Assembly (NCBI RefSeq): GCF_004010195.1
Contig: NC_057711.1
Span: 73,303,894-73,367,893, forward strand
DNA from: Chiloscyllium plagiosum
Lineage: Eukaryota
Reading direction: 5' to 3'
Length of the DNA stretch: 64,000 bases
Positions 1 to 10,328 of this stretch are shown here, in pieces. Both the position numbers and the translations under genes were made by a program. The stretch's first letter is position 1, and every line of letters begins with the position of its first letter. The notes under the pieces were generated by a model. The model was not told the origin of the DNA. It searched no databases and saw nothing but the letters and a program-made list of their open reading frames with translations.

Positions 1-248
1 CCCTCCTCTCTCTCTCGCGCCGCCCCCCCCCCCCCTCTCTCCTCTGTAAGTAACAGCTGGAAATATTAAGGAATAGGAGGTGAATGTTCTGGGCTATTTT
101 ATTTGAAATTCTCAGGTAGTTAAGATTAAAATGGGCTTTGGGGAGGGGTGGGGGATGATAAGAAACTCCCATCTAGAATTGTGTTTTTAGTGCAATTCAC
201 TAGTTTGAGGTCTTGCTGCTTAAGAAATTGATTTCTCACCCTATGTAG

Positions 249-347
249 GAGGTGGCTGATAGAAGTACCATCTTCACAACCACTGTACCAGAAGAGGAGG
301 AGGAGGAGGAAGTTGAGATTAGAGATGAAGATCTCTTCCATCAGCAG
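249..347 (+). CDS. LMNB1: Lamin B1, penultimate coding exon (acidic tail)
   Basis: AG acceptor at 247-248 and GT donor at 348-349. The 99 nt translate to EVADRSTIFTTTVPEEEEEEEVEIRDEDLFHQQ, matching the lamin B1 tail (poly-Glu, LFHQQ). Phase 0 joins the next exon. Confidence 0.93.
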
Positions 348-1149
348 GTACATTTCTGTCTAACAGTAAAAGTTTGCATAGCACACAGTAAAATACACTG
401 GGAGACTTGGTTGTGGGCTGGTGTTCGTGGGAACTTGTGTGCTTTCACTTCTCACGCAGCTTGCATTTCAAGATTAAAATAAGAGGCAAACAGGGATTCT
501 GCAAGTGGAGTAAAATGTCAGCTTTTCTCTTTTTGAATTTTCTAAAACCTTTTTTATTTTGGTCAGTTGATGCTTGCAAAAGAGAAGTAGTTAATATAAT
601 ACTTCAGTTCTGCTGTAGATCGTGAATATAAATGTTGCTTTTTTTTTACTTGAAGAATAATTCTGGAATATGTGTATTCATGGCAAAACACCATATAACG
701 AAGAAAACTCTCTCTACGTCAGCTACTAGAATATTTTATGTATGTTATATATGCAATCTATTTGTACTTTTTAAATAAATTTCACACTTGGTTTATAAAT
801 CAGCAAGTGCTTTAATTCATAACATTATGCAATAGTGTAAAACAGAAGGCAATCATCCAGTTGAGTCAGTGATGCTGCTTTCAAAGAAAAATCCAATCAG
901 TCCCACCAGTCCGAGTCTCTTGCCATATTCCTGTATTTTTTCCACAAGTATTTATCTAATTTCCTTTTGAATGCTACTATTGAATTGGTTTGTGTTAAAT
1001 TAGGTCTTGGATTCCAGATTTGGAATGCACCATTTTTCTTTTAGGTTGTTTCTGATTCTTTAATCAGACAGCACAGATTTAAACCCTTCATCTGTCCCTA
1101 CTCTATCTAACCAAACTGTAGTCTGTAATTTCTGGAGTCATTCTTTAAA

Positions 1150-1600
1150 TTAGTAAGAAATAGGAGTATGAATGTGCAGTATGGCTCCTGAAATATGCTG
1201 CATCATTCAACAGGATCGTGGCTGATCCAACATTTCTCACATTCACTTTCCTACTTGTCCCCAAAACCCTCGATTTCCCCTACTGATCAAGAATTGTATC
1301 TGTTTCAGCCTTCAGTGTATACAAGGACTCTGCCCCCCACAGTGCTCTGTGGCAAGGAATTTCAAAGAAATTCAACCCTGAGTGAAGGAATCCCTCCTCA
1401 TCGGAGTTAAATTGGCATCCTTTTATTCTTTGCCCTCTGGTCTTAGACTCTCCTATGAGGGTAAATGTCCTCTGAGTTTCATGTCAAGCTCCTTAGCTAT
1501 CTTGTATGTTTCAATGGAGATCACTCCTCATTCTACTGAAGTGCAATGAGTATTCTCAACCTGTTTAATCTATCTTAAGAAAATCCCTCCATACTAGGGA
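1150..1600 (-). mobile_element. Old CR1-clade LINE 3' fragment in the last LMNB1 intron
   Basis: Reverse complement resembles the LINE 3' tails repeated elsewhere in the window (e.g. 16210-16590, 48800-49340). Confidence 0.6.
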
Positions 1601-1776
1601 TCAGACTTAAACCCCACACTTTGATCAAGCTTTTGGTTCAGGAACCCAAGGAGATATTAATACTGCTCTGATTATGCTCTCATGAAGAATTGTAAAGGCA
1701 CAATATTAATGCAAAGCATTGTGCTGATATTTGAGGCCATGAAATGGTTATTTATTCAAAACACAGAATTAAATTG

Positions 1777-2257
1777 CCATATATACTCATGTATGTGTCA
1801 AACTTTGAAGACTTTTTTTTTTAAATCTGAAATTAGGGGGTCGATTTGTGCACTGGGTATTGTTTTCGAGAGGATGAATATTTATCCATAAAATGGGAAA
1901 TTTATTGGCAGCCCACAGTCCCAGGTTCTGGAACGTTCCCTGTAACATGTTCAGGCTCTGGGTAACTGAAACTGACTCCGCAGCTACGGTGGTTGCCCTG
2001 TACTGTCGTATTCTTCCAGTAATTCTGAAAACATGGAGCGGAGCAGGGCAGAAGGCCCGGAATGGAGCGGTACGGCCAGCAGACTAGAAAGCTATAGCGG
2101 AGTGCAACGGGCAGGCACACTGACACTAAAAGATCGATCTGTAACTGAAGAACGAGAGTTGACTTATACATGAAATATATGGAAAATACAAGGTATTTTG
2201 GCCCAAAGTTAGGGGTCGACTTGCACATGAGATTGACCTATACGCAAGTGTATATGG
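1777..2257. mobile_element. Non-autonomous Tc1/mariner (Tc2/pogo-like) MITE
   Basis: Imperfect TIRs CCATATATACTCATGTAT ... ATACGCAAGTGTATATGG with TA on the right flank (TG on the left). Subterminal repeats TTAGGGGTCGA. No transposase ORF. Confidence 0.65.
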
Positions 2258-2315
2258 TACTGTTTGACTTTATTGATCATGAGCAAATTGATCTTATAGT
2301 GGGTTTCTTTTTCAG

Positions 2316-2357
2316 GGAGATCCAAGAGCAGCTGACAGAAGCTGTGCAGTAATGTGA
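2316..2357 (+). CDS. LMNB1: Lamin B1, terminal coding exon with CaaX farnesylation box
   Basis: Pyrimidine tract plus CAG acceptor ending at 2315. Translates GDPRAADRSCAVM* (human GTPRASNRSCAIM). Adjacency to MARCHF3 supports LMNB1 rather than LMNB2. Confidence 0.93.
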   Translation, partial: GDPRAADRSCAVM

Positions 2358-3040
2358 TCATCCTGCAAGATAACATCTTCAAAAACTCATTGCTGCCTAT
2401 GTTGAACTTAATATCTAGAAATTCAAACTATTTTTGTATTTCAGTAATTTGTATTTTAGATATTTTGTGAATTTCTTTTTGTACACATGACATCAGTTCA
2501 GGGCTTTTTTTATACTATTGTTTTTTTGAACATTACAAGGTCTAGAGCTTAAAGTGTAAATCTGAAACCAATGTGAATCATAGGTTTTTTTTTTGAACCT
2601 ATGAAAGATGCCCTTTTCTGAAGATTACAGATAAAACCAGTGAAAAATAATTTTGTGTAGTTGAGAAACTACAGTTATTTGGGGGCAGCTTACATTTATG
2701 ATTGAATTTGAGTTAATATGTGCAGCAGGGAAATGGGGGTGTTAAAACATTTTGGTAGCAACATTTTTTGTAAATTTATAAATAGAACAGCACTGAGCTT
2801 GCTCTTTTTAACGATTTTTTAATTGTTTATACCCAGTTGGTAAAAATATACTACAGAAAATGGGGATGAAGTAAGTTTTCTGTTTTATGGCTTTTGACCC
2901 CTTATTTAGATAGTGTTTGGGGCCTGGTATGACACAATGCAAATGTTTTAATAAGTTTTAATGTAGCAGTGGTCCACTGGGGTTTTCTTGTCAAATGTGA
3001 ATAAAATAAACATTGTGTAATAAAGAATTGTTGCTCTTCT
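2358..3040 (+). other. LMNB1: LMNB1 3' UTR
   Basis: Repeat-free U-rich sequence after the stop codon, ending at clustered AATAAA hexamers. The end coordinate is approximate. Confidence 0.75.
3000..3024 (+). terminator. LMNB1 polyadenylation signals
   Basis: AATAAA at 3000-3005, 3005-3010 and 3019-3024, followed by GT/T-rich sequence. Confidence 0.75.
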
Positions 3041-3432
3041 CTTCTGAAAGCAAACCTGTATCAACATATAATGATTTGGGGTTGGGCAAAATAAATGGCA
3101 ATGGAAATGGGCCTTTTACTGCCTTAGGAAGCCATTTTGTTCCTAGCTTTTAAGAATACTGCAATGGTAAATCTTTGGAACATTTTGTCGGTGAATTGTA
3201 GGGAGAAGATTTAATCATTTTGCTTTTAGACAGGCTGGTTGTAATAGCTAGTCCAAAATGTTTAGGGAAAGGGATGTGCACAATTTAGTCCACAAAGACC
3301 ATGAAAAATATTCCTTTTTATACAGGGATGTGCAACATCAGCCAATTTGACCTAACCTCTGATCAGAGATCACAAGTAACCATTTTCTTTAACAATCTTT
3401 GGATACAAGGGAAAGCATATGAGATAAATTAT

Positions 3433-3839
3433 AAAGTTAAAAATCACAACACCAGGTTATAGTCCAACAGGTTTAATTGGAAGCACACTAGCTTTCAGAG
3501 CGGCCCTCCTTCATCAGGTGATAGTGGAGGGCTCAATCGTAACACGGAATTTATAGCAAAAATTTAGTGTGATGTAACTGAAATAATACATTGAAACATT
3601 GATTCTGTTATGGCTTTATTAAGCCATAACAGAATCAATTTTTCAATGTATTATTTCAGTTACATCACACTAAAGTTTTGCTATAAATTCCGTGTTACGA
3701 TTGAGCCCTCCACTATCACCTGATGAAGGAGGGCCGCTCCGAAAGCTAGTGTGCTTCCAATTAAACCTGTTGGACTATAACCTGGTGTTGTGATTTTTAA
3801 CTTTGTACACCCCAGTCCAACACCGGCATCTCCAAATCA
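3433..3839. mobile_element. Penelope-like pseudo-LTR arranged as a long hairpin with a 3' tail
   Basis: Arms 3433-3616 and 3621-3804 are reverse complements (4-nt loop, about 3 mismatches) and each carries a CTGATGA..GAAA motif. The unpaired tail GTACACCCCAGTCCAACACCGGCATCTCC recurs near 43351-43381. Confidence 0.75.
3717..3751 (+). ncRNA. Minimal type I hammerhead ribozyme motif (mirror copy on - strand at 3486-3520)
   Basis: CAC-CUGAUGA-A-GGAG(ggccg)CUCC-GAAA-GCUA-GUG: conserved core, 4-bp stem II, palindromic AGCU in place of stem III, and CAC/GUG stem I. Confidence 0.65.
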
Positions 3840-3849
3840 GAAAAAGTTA

Positions 3850-4367
3850 ATATGTAATAGGAATTTAACACCACTTCAGATGATATTCTTCAGTGATACA
3901 CTCCATTGGTGGGACCACAACTGGAATATTTGTGTACAATATTGGTCTCTTTAATAAAGTAAGGCCATAAATGCATTTGGATGCAGTTCAAAGAAAGTTT
4001 GCTGATACCTGGAATGGGCAGGTTGTTTATGAAGAAACATGGACAGACTAGACTAGAAATGACTGCTGGTGTTTAGAAGAATAAGGGACAATTTGATTAT
4101 AACATATAAGATCCTGAGGGATCTTGACAGGGTGATTGTGAAAAAGGATGTTCATTCTTGTGGGATAATCTAGAACTAGAGTTCAAGTTTTTAAAAGAGC
4201 ACCATCCACTGAAGTCAGAGTTAAGAGATTTTCATTGATGGTTGGATTCTTTGGAACACACACATTCCAATGGAAGCAACTTCTTTAAATATTTCGAAGA
4301 TAGAGGTAGCTTGATTCTTATTGAGCAAGGGAGTGAAAGGTTATCAAAGGTAGGTGGGAATGTGGAG
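3850..4367 (+). mobile_element. Old CR1-clade LINE 3' region (continues at 6450-6530 after a PLE insertion)
   Basis: Degenerate RPQLEY/VQRKF-type C-terminal ORF2 sequence and a LINE 3' tail split by the PLE. Confidence 0.65.
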
Positions 4368-6442
4368 GCCTACTTCTTCAACCAGGATTCTCGCCCATCC
4401 TCTGACGACCGCTTCTTCCACCTCCAACACACCCCATCCACCTGGACATCCCGTGCTGGCCTCTTACCCGCCCTCTATTTCTTCATAGCCAACTGCCGCC
4501 GCGACATTAACCGCCTCAACTTGTCCACCCCTCTTACCCACTCCAACCTCTCACCCTTGCAACATGCAGCCCTCCGCTCCGACCCCAAACTCGCTATCAA
4601 ACCGGCAGACAAGGGAGGTGCGGTGGTAGTTTGGCGCACCGCTCTTTACATTGCTGAGGCTAAACGCCAGCTCGCAGACACCTCCTCCTACTGCCCCCTT
4701 GACCATGTCCCCACCTCCCACCACCAAACCATCATCTCCCAGACCATCCATAACCTCATCACCTCAGGGGATCTCCCATCCACTACCTCCAACCTCATAG
4801 TCCCACAACCCCGCACCGTCCGTTTCTACCTCCTGCCCAAAATCTACAAATCTGACTGCCCCAGCTGACCCATTGTCTCAGCCTGCTCCTGCCCCATCAA
4901 ACTCATCTCTGCATACCTCGACATGGTCCTGTCCCCATTAGTCCAAGAGCTCCCCACCTATGTTCGGGACACCACCCACGCCCTCCACCTCCTCCATGAT
5001 TTTCACTTCCCCAGCCCCCAACGCCTTATCTTCACCATGGACATCCAGTCCCTATATACCTCCATTCCCCCATCACAAAGGCCTCAAAGCCCTCCACTTC
5101 TTCCTTTCCTGCCGATCCAACCAGTACTCTTCCACTGACACCCTTCCACTGAACTGGTCCTCACTCTGAACAACTTCTCTTTCCAATTCTCCCACTTCCT
5201 CCAAACCAAAGGAGTAGCCATGGGCACCCGCATGGGCCCCAGCTATGCCTGCCTCTTCGTCGGATATGTGGAACAGTCCATCTTTTGAAGCTACACTGGC
5301 ACCGCCCCCCACCTTTTCCTCCGCTACATCGATGACGTATCGGCACTGCCTCGTGCTCCCACGAAGAGGTTGAACAGTTCATCCATTTTACTAACCCCTT
5401 CCACCCCAACCTCAAATTTACCTGTACCATCTCAGACTCCTTTCTCCCCTTCCTAGACGTCTCCATTTTTATCTCGGGCGACCGACTCAACACGGACATT
5501 TACTATAAACCCACCGACTCCCACAGCTACCTAGATTACACCTCCCCCCACCCTGCCCCCTGTAAAAACACCATCCCATATTCCCAGTTCCTTCGTCTCC
5601 GTCGCATCTGCTCCCAGGAGAACCAGTTCCAATATCGAGCAACCCAGATGGCCTCCTCCTTCAAAGACCGCAATTTCCCCCCAGACATGATTGACAATGC
5701 TCTACACCGCATCTCCTCCACTTCCCGCTCCTCTGCCCTTGAACCCCCGCCCCTCCAATCACCACCAGGACAGAACCCCACTGGTCCTCACCTACCACCC
5801 CACCAACCCCCAGATACATCGTATCATCCTTCGTCATTTCTGTCACCTCCAAACAGACCCCACCACCAAGGATCTATTTCCCTCCCTTCCCCTATCGGTG
5901 TTCCGGAAAGACCACTCCCTCTGTGGCTCACTCGTCAGGTCCCCACCAACCCAACCTCCACTCCCGGCACCTTCCCCTGCAACCGCAAGAAATGCAAAAC
6001 TCGTGCCCACACCTCCCCCCTCACTTCCCTCCAAGGCCCCAAGGGATCCTTCCATATCCGTCACAAATGCACCTCCACACACATCATTTACTGCATCCGC
6101 TGCACCGGAAACCTCCTACCACAAGTGATGAATGCAGATTTCTCCAGCTTCCTCATTTCCCCCCATCCCAGCTTATCTCCGTCCCAACCCTCTGACTCAG
6201 CACTGCCTTCTTCCCGACCTCTCCGTCCCCAACCCCTCTCCAGCCTATCACCCTCACCTTAACCTCCTTCCACCTATCACATTCCCAATGCCCCTCCCCC
6301 AAGTCCCTCCTCCCCACCTTTTATCTTAGCCTGCTTGGCACACCTTCCTCATTCCTGATGAAGGGCTTTTCCCCTAAACGTTGATTCTCCTCCTTGGATG
6401 CTGCCTGACCTGCTGTGCTTTTCCAGCAACACATTTTTCAGC
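4368..6442 (+). mobile_element. Penelope-like retroelement (disrupted RT plus partial GIY-YIG endonuclease, pLTR)
   Basis: PLE RT motifs IKPADKGGAVVV, FYLLPKIYK, TMDIQSLYTSIP, GVAMGTRMGPSYA and RYIDD; a CNRKKCKT linker and HIIYCIRC; multiple frameshifts. 7-bp TSD TGTGGAG at 4361-4367 and 6443-6449. Degenerate HHR at 6351-6386. Confidence 0.9.
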
Positions 6443-6544
6443 TGTGGAGTAATCCGATCAGCCATGCTCTTATTGAACAGAGTAGCAGGTTCAAAGGACT
6501 ATTTAGTTTAAATCTACTAATTTGTATGGTCATTCATGGAGTAA

Positions 6545-7190
6545 TTGAGTCATGGAGCTATACAGCTTTGAAACAAACCCTTTGGTCTCACTTGTCCATG
6601 CTGACCAGATATCCTAAATTAATTTAGTCCTGTTTGCTAGCATTTGGTCCATATTCCTCTAGACCCTTCCTATTTGTAAGCCTATCCAGAAGCCTTTTAA
6701 ATGTTGTAATTGTATCAGTCTCCACCACTTTCTCTGGCAGCTCATTCCATATACGCCTGGCCCTCTGTGTGAAAAATGTGCCCCTTAATCCCTCTTAAAT
6801 CTTTTCCCTCACCTCAAATCTATTTTCTCTAGTTTTGAACTTTCCACCCTGGGGAAAAGACTTTTTGGCTATTCACCCTATGATATTATAAACCTCTATA
6901 AGGTTACTCCTCAGCCTCCGGCACTCCAGGCAAAATAACCCCAGTCTCTTCAGCGCCTCTTTCTCACTCAAGCCCTCAACCTGGCAATATGTAGATCTTT
7001 TCTGAACCCTTTCAAGTTTTGCAACATCCTTCTATAGCAGGGAGACTAGAATTGAATGCAGTTTTCCAAAAGTGGCCTAAGCAATGACCTGTACAGTTGC
7101 AACATTACCTCTAAACACCTATACTCAATGCACTGACCAAGCATTCCAAATGCCACCTTCACTATCCTGTCTATCTGGGACTCCACTTTA
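6545..7190 (-). mobile_element. CR1-clade (HER1-like) LINE 3' fragment
   Basis: Same 3' end family as 42750-43170 and 61300-61887, in reverse orientation. Confidence 0.8.
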
Positions 7191-7309
7191 GACCCTTGCA
7201 CCTCCTCCACTATCTGATTGACCTCCTTAACTCCACTTTATTACTGGCCTTCTAATCTTTAACTCCCCTGTAGATCAAAAACCTGTCTTTTTCAGCCTTG
7301 AATGTATTT

Positions 7310-7908
7310 GAGAGGGGAATGTTTAACAAGACCTGGGTGTCCTTGTGCACTAATCACAGAATAAGCATGCAGGGAGAGAGGCAGCAAAGAAGGCAAATTA
7401 CAATTTTGTCTTTACAGTGAGAGGATTGGAGTACAGGAACAGGAATGTCTTGCTGCAATTGCATAGGGCATTGGGCACTTTTGGTGTCCTTATCTGAGGA
7501 AGAATGTTCTTGCTACAGAGGGAGTATAACAAAATTTACCAAGTTAATTCCTGGGATAGTGGGACTGACATGTGATGAGAGATTGAATTGGTTAGGATTG
7601 CAATCACTGGAGTTTAGAATAAGTGCAGGATCTCATTGAAAACTATGAATGTCTGACAGGGTAGATGCAAGAAGCATGTTCCTAAGGGTGGGGACATCCA
7701 GAACCAGGTATCATAGTTTAAGGATGAATCTTTTAGGACAGATGAGGAAAATTTCTACATGCAGAAAGTGGTGGGCCTGTGGAATTTAGTATCACAGGAA
7801 GTGGTTGGGGCCAAACATTGTGTTTTCAAGAAGAAGCTAGATATACTTGTATCTAAAGGGATCAAGGGATATTGGGGTGGGAAGTGGGGAGGGATGAGCT
7901 CAATCATG
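7310..7908 (+). mobile_element. Old CR1-clade LINE 3' region (tail continues at 9506-9565)
   Basis: ORF remnants FTKLIPGIVGLTCDERL and QKVVGLWN. The tail is interrupted by the PLE at 7909-9491. Confidence 0.75.
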
Positions 7909-8003
7909 GCAAAAGTGAGGATTGCAGATGCTGGAGATCAGAGTCAAGGTTAGAGTGGTGCTGGGAATGCACAGCAGTTCAGGCAGCATCCGAGGAGCAG
8001 GAA

Positions 8004-8039
8004 AATCGACGTTTCGGGTAAAAGCCCTTCATCAGGAAT
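8004..8039 (-). ncRNA. Minimal hammerhead ribozyme motif in a PLE pLTR
   Basis: RNA sense AUUC-CUGAUGA-A-GGG(cuuuua)CCC-GAAA-CGUC-GAUU: intact core, palindromic ACGU and a GUC cleavage triplet. Confidence 0.7.
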
Positions 8040-8917
8040 GAAGGCTGGGAGCATCCGGGGTGGAGAGATAAATGGGAGGGGAGTGGGGCTGGGGAGAAGG
8101 TAGCCAAGAGTACAATAGGTGGATAATGAAGGTGATAGGTCAGAGAGGAAAGTGGAGTGGATAGGTGCAAAGGAAATTGGGCAGGTAGGGCAGATCAAGA
8201 GGATGGTGCTGAGCTGGAAGATTGGAACTGGGGTAAGTTGGGGGGGAGGGGAAATTAGGAAACTGGTGAAGTCCACATTGATGCCCTGGGGTTGAAGTGT
8301 TCCGAGGCGGAAGATGAGGCGTTCTTCCTCCAGGCGTCTGGTGGTGAGGGAGCGGCAGTGAAGGAGGCCCAGGACCTCCGTGCCCTCAGCAGAGTGGGAG
8401 GGGGCGTTGAAATGTTGGGCCACGGGGCGGTGTGGTTGATTGGTGCGGGTGTCCCAGAGATGTTCCCTAAAGCGCTCTGCTAGGAGGTGCCCAATCTCCC
8501 CAATGTAGAGGAAACCGCATTGGGAGCAACGGATACAATAAATGATATTAGTGGATGTGCAGGTAAAACTTTGGATGTGGAAGACTCCTTTAGGGCCTTG
8601 GATAGAGATGAGGGAGGAGGCGTGGGCACAGTTTTACGGTTCCTGCGGTGGCAGGGGAAGGTGCCAGGATGGGAGGGTGGGTTGTAGGAAGCATTGACAA
8701 TAGTGGGTGTGCAGGTGAATCTTTGATGGATGTGGAAAGCTCCTTTGGGGCCTTGGATGGAGGTGAGGGGGGAGGTGTGGGCGCAGGTTTTGCAATTACT
8801 GCCGTGGCAGGGGAGGGTGGGTTCTTGGGTGGCGTGGACCTGACCAGTTAGTCACTGAGGGAACGATCTTTGCAGAAATTGGAAAGGGGTGGGGAGAGAA
8901 ATGAATCCCTTGTGGTT

Positions 8918-9070
8918 TATAGTTGGATCTGGTCATAGTCCACCAATTGTTGTACAAATATGGTACATAGCCCAAGTCTAAACGTTGTTTAGGGTATGCT
9001 GCATCAGCAATTATCTCTACTTTTGACCTTATACTGGAGGGACAAGCTCCATATGAGACTGCTACTTTTG
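8918..9070 (-). repeat. 153-bp exact inverted copy of 9747-9899
   Basis: Base-by-base reverse-complement match, inserted inside the PLE. Confidence 0.92.
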
Positions 9071-9611
9071 GAGTCCATTTGGAGGTGGTGGAAATGTCAG
9101 CTGAATATGGTTTATGCAAAGGTTGGTAGGGTGGAAGGTGAGGACCGGGGGGGTTCTGTCCTTGCTGTGGTTGGAGGGATGGGGTTTGAGGGCGGAGGTG
9201 CGGGACGTGGATGAGAGGGCATCTTCAACCATGTGGGAAGGGAAATTGTGGTCTTTAAAGAAGGAGGCCATCTGGTGTGTTCTGTGGTGGAACTGGTCCT
9301 CCTGGGAGCAGATACAGTAGAGGTGGAGGAATTGGGAATACAGGATAGCATTTTTGTAGGAGGTAGGGTAGGAACAGGTGTAATCCAGGTAGCTGTGGGA
9401 GTTGGTAGGTTTGTAAAAAAATGTTAGTGTCAAGTTGGTCATCATTGATGGAGATGGAGAGGTGCAGGAAGGGGAGGGAGGTGTCTAATCTTGAGCTCAA
9501 TCATGTCATATTGAATGGTGGAGCGGGCTCGAGGGGTTGAATGGCCTACTCCTGTTTCTATCATTTTTGTTTCTAAGAGACAGTCAGCTGATCCAAAAGA
9601 GAATGTAAAAA

Positions 9612-10328
9612 AGACTTGGATTTGAACTGCACCTTTTTCTGATGCATTGGCTATCTCAAAATCCTTTATAACTGATTGTATATTTGAAGTATAGTCTATG
9701 TTGTAAGGTCGGCAATGTGGCAACCAAATTTTATGTAACAAATTTTCAAAAGTAGCAGTCTCATATGGAGCTTGTCCCTCCAGTATAAGGTCAAAAGTAG
9801 AGATAATTGCTGATGCAGCATACCCTAAACAACGTTTAGACTTGGGCTATGTACCATATTTGTACAACAATTGGTGGACTATGACCAGATCCAACTATAG
9901 ACAATTGAATGCTTTACATTTGATAATCAATGGCATTCTCATCACTGAACGCGTCGTCAAGTTTTGCAGGTCACCATTGAGCAGAAACTTACCCAGATTG
10001 GCCTCATAAAGGTGGTGGTTGCAAAGCAGGTCAGATACAGAAAATACTGTTGTGAGTTTTTGTTTTTTTTGTAGTGTGATTAAGAGATAGAGCCTGGCCA
10101 AAATGCAAACTGCCATGTTCTTCAAAATTATGCAATGAGATCTTGAAAGTCTACCTGAGGAGGAGGAGGAGGAGGAGGAGGACAGGACATCAGACTAACA
10201 TATCATCTGAAAATCAGCACTTCCATTAAAGCAAGACTCCCTCAGCATTGCAGCTGAGTATCAGCTGTAACTTTGTACTCAAATATCACTTGAATCTGCC
10301 ACCTTATTATTCTACCAACTGAGCCACA
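9612..10328 (-). mobile_element. Ancient Deu-domain (SacSINE1/AmnSINE1-like) SINE interrupted by a local duplication
   Basis: tRNA-like head GTGGCTCAGTTGGTAGA...GATTCAAGT at about 10328-10285 and a body resembling the Deu-SINE consensus as recalled. Interrupted at 9772-10057. Contains a (GAG)n tract at about 10157-10181. Confidence 0.55.
9772..10057 (+). repeat. Diverged direct copy of 11341-11687 with an internal deletion of about 60 bp
   Basis: Shared start TTGTCCCTCCAGTATAAGGTCA and end CAGAAAATACTGTTGTGAGT, with long identical blocks between. Confidence 0.88.

Larger units (their letters stand above)
7909..9491 (-). mobile_element. Penelope-like retroelement, 5'-truncated and chimeric
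   Basis: YKPTNSHSYLDY thumb motif and GIY-YIG C-terminal VAQHFN...RRLEEERLIFRLGTLQPQGIN. pLTR with an HHR. 14-bp TSD TGAGCTCAATCATG at 7895-7908 and 9492-9505. Confidence 0.9.

Noticed and set aside
1..45. C/CT-rich low-complexity tract
   Set aside because: It is a simple repeat at the window edge with no supportable function.
252..482. 76-aa ORF as a standalone gene
   Set aside because: Only 249-347 is coding (LMNB1 exon). The remainder is intron read-through past the GT donor.
4242..6262. ORFs of 145-208 aa as host genes
   Set aside because: They are frameshifted pieces or off-frame readings of a Penelope-like RT/endonuclease bounded by a TSD.
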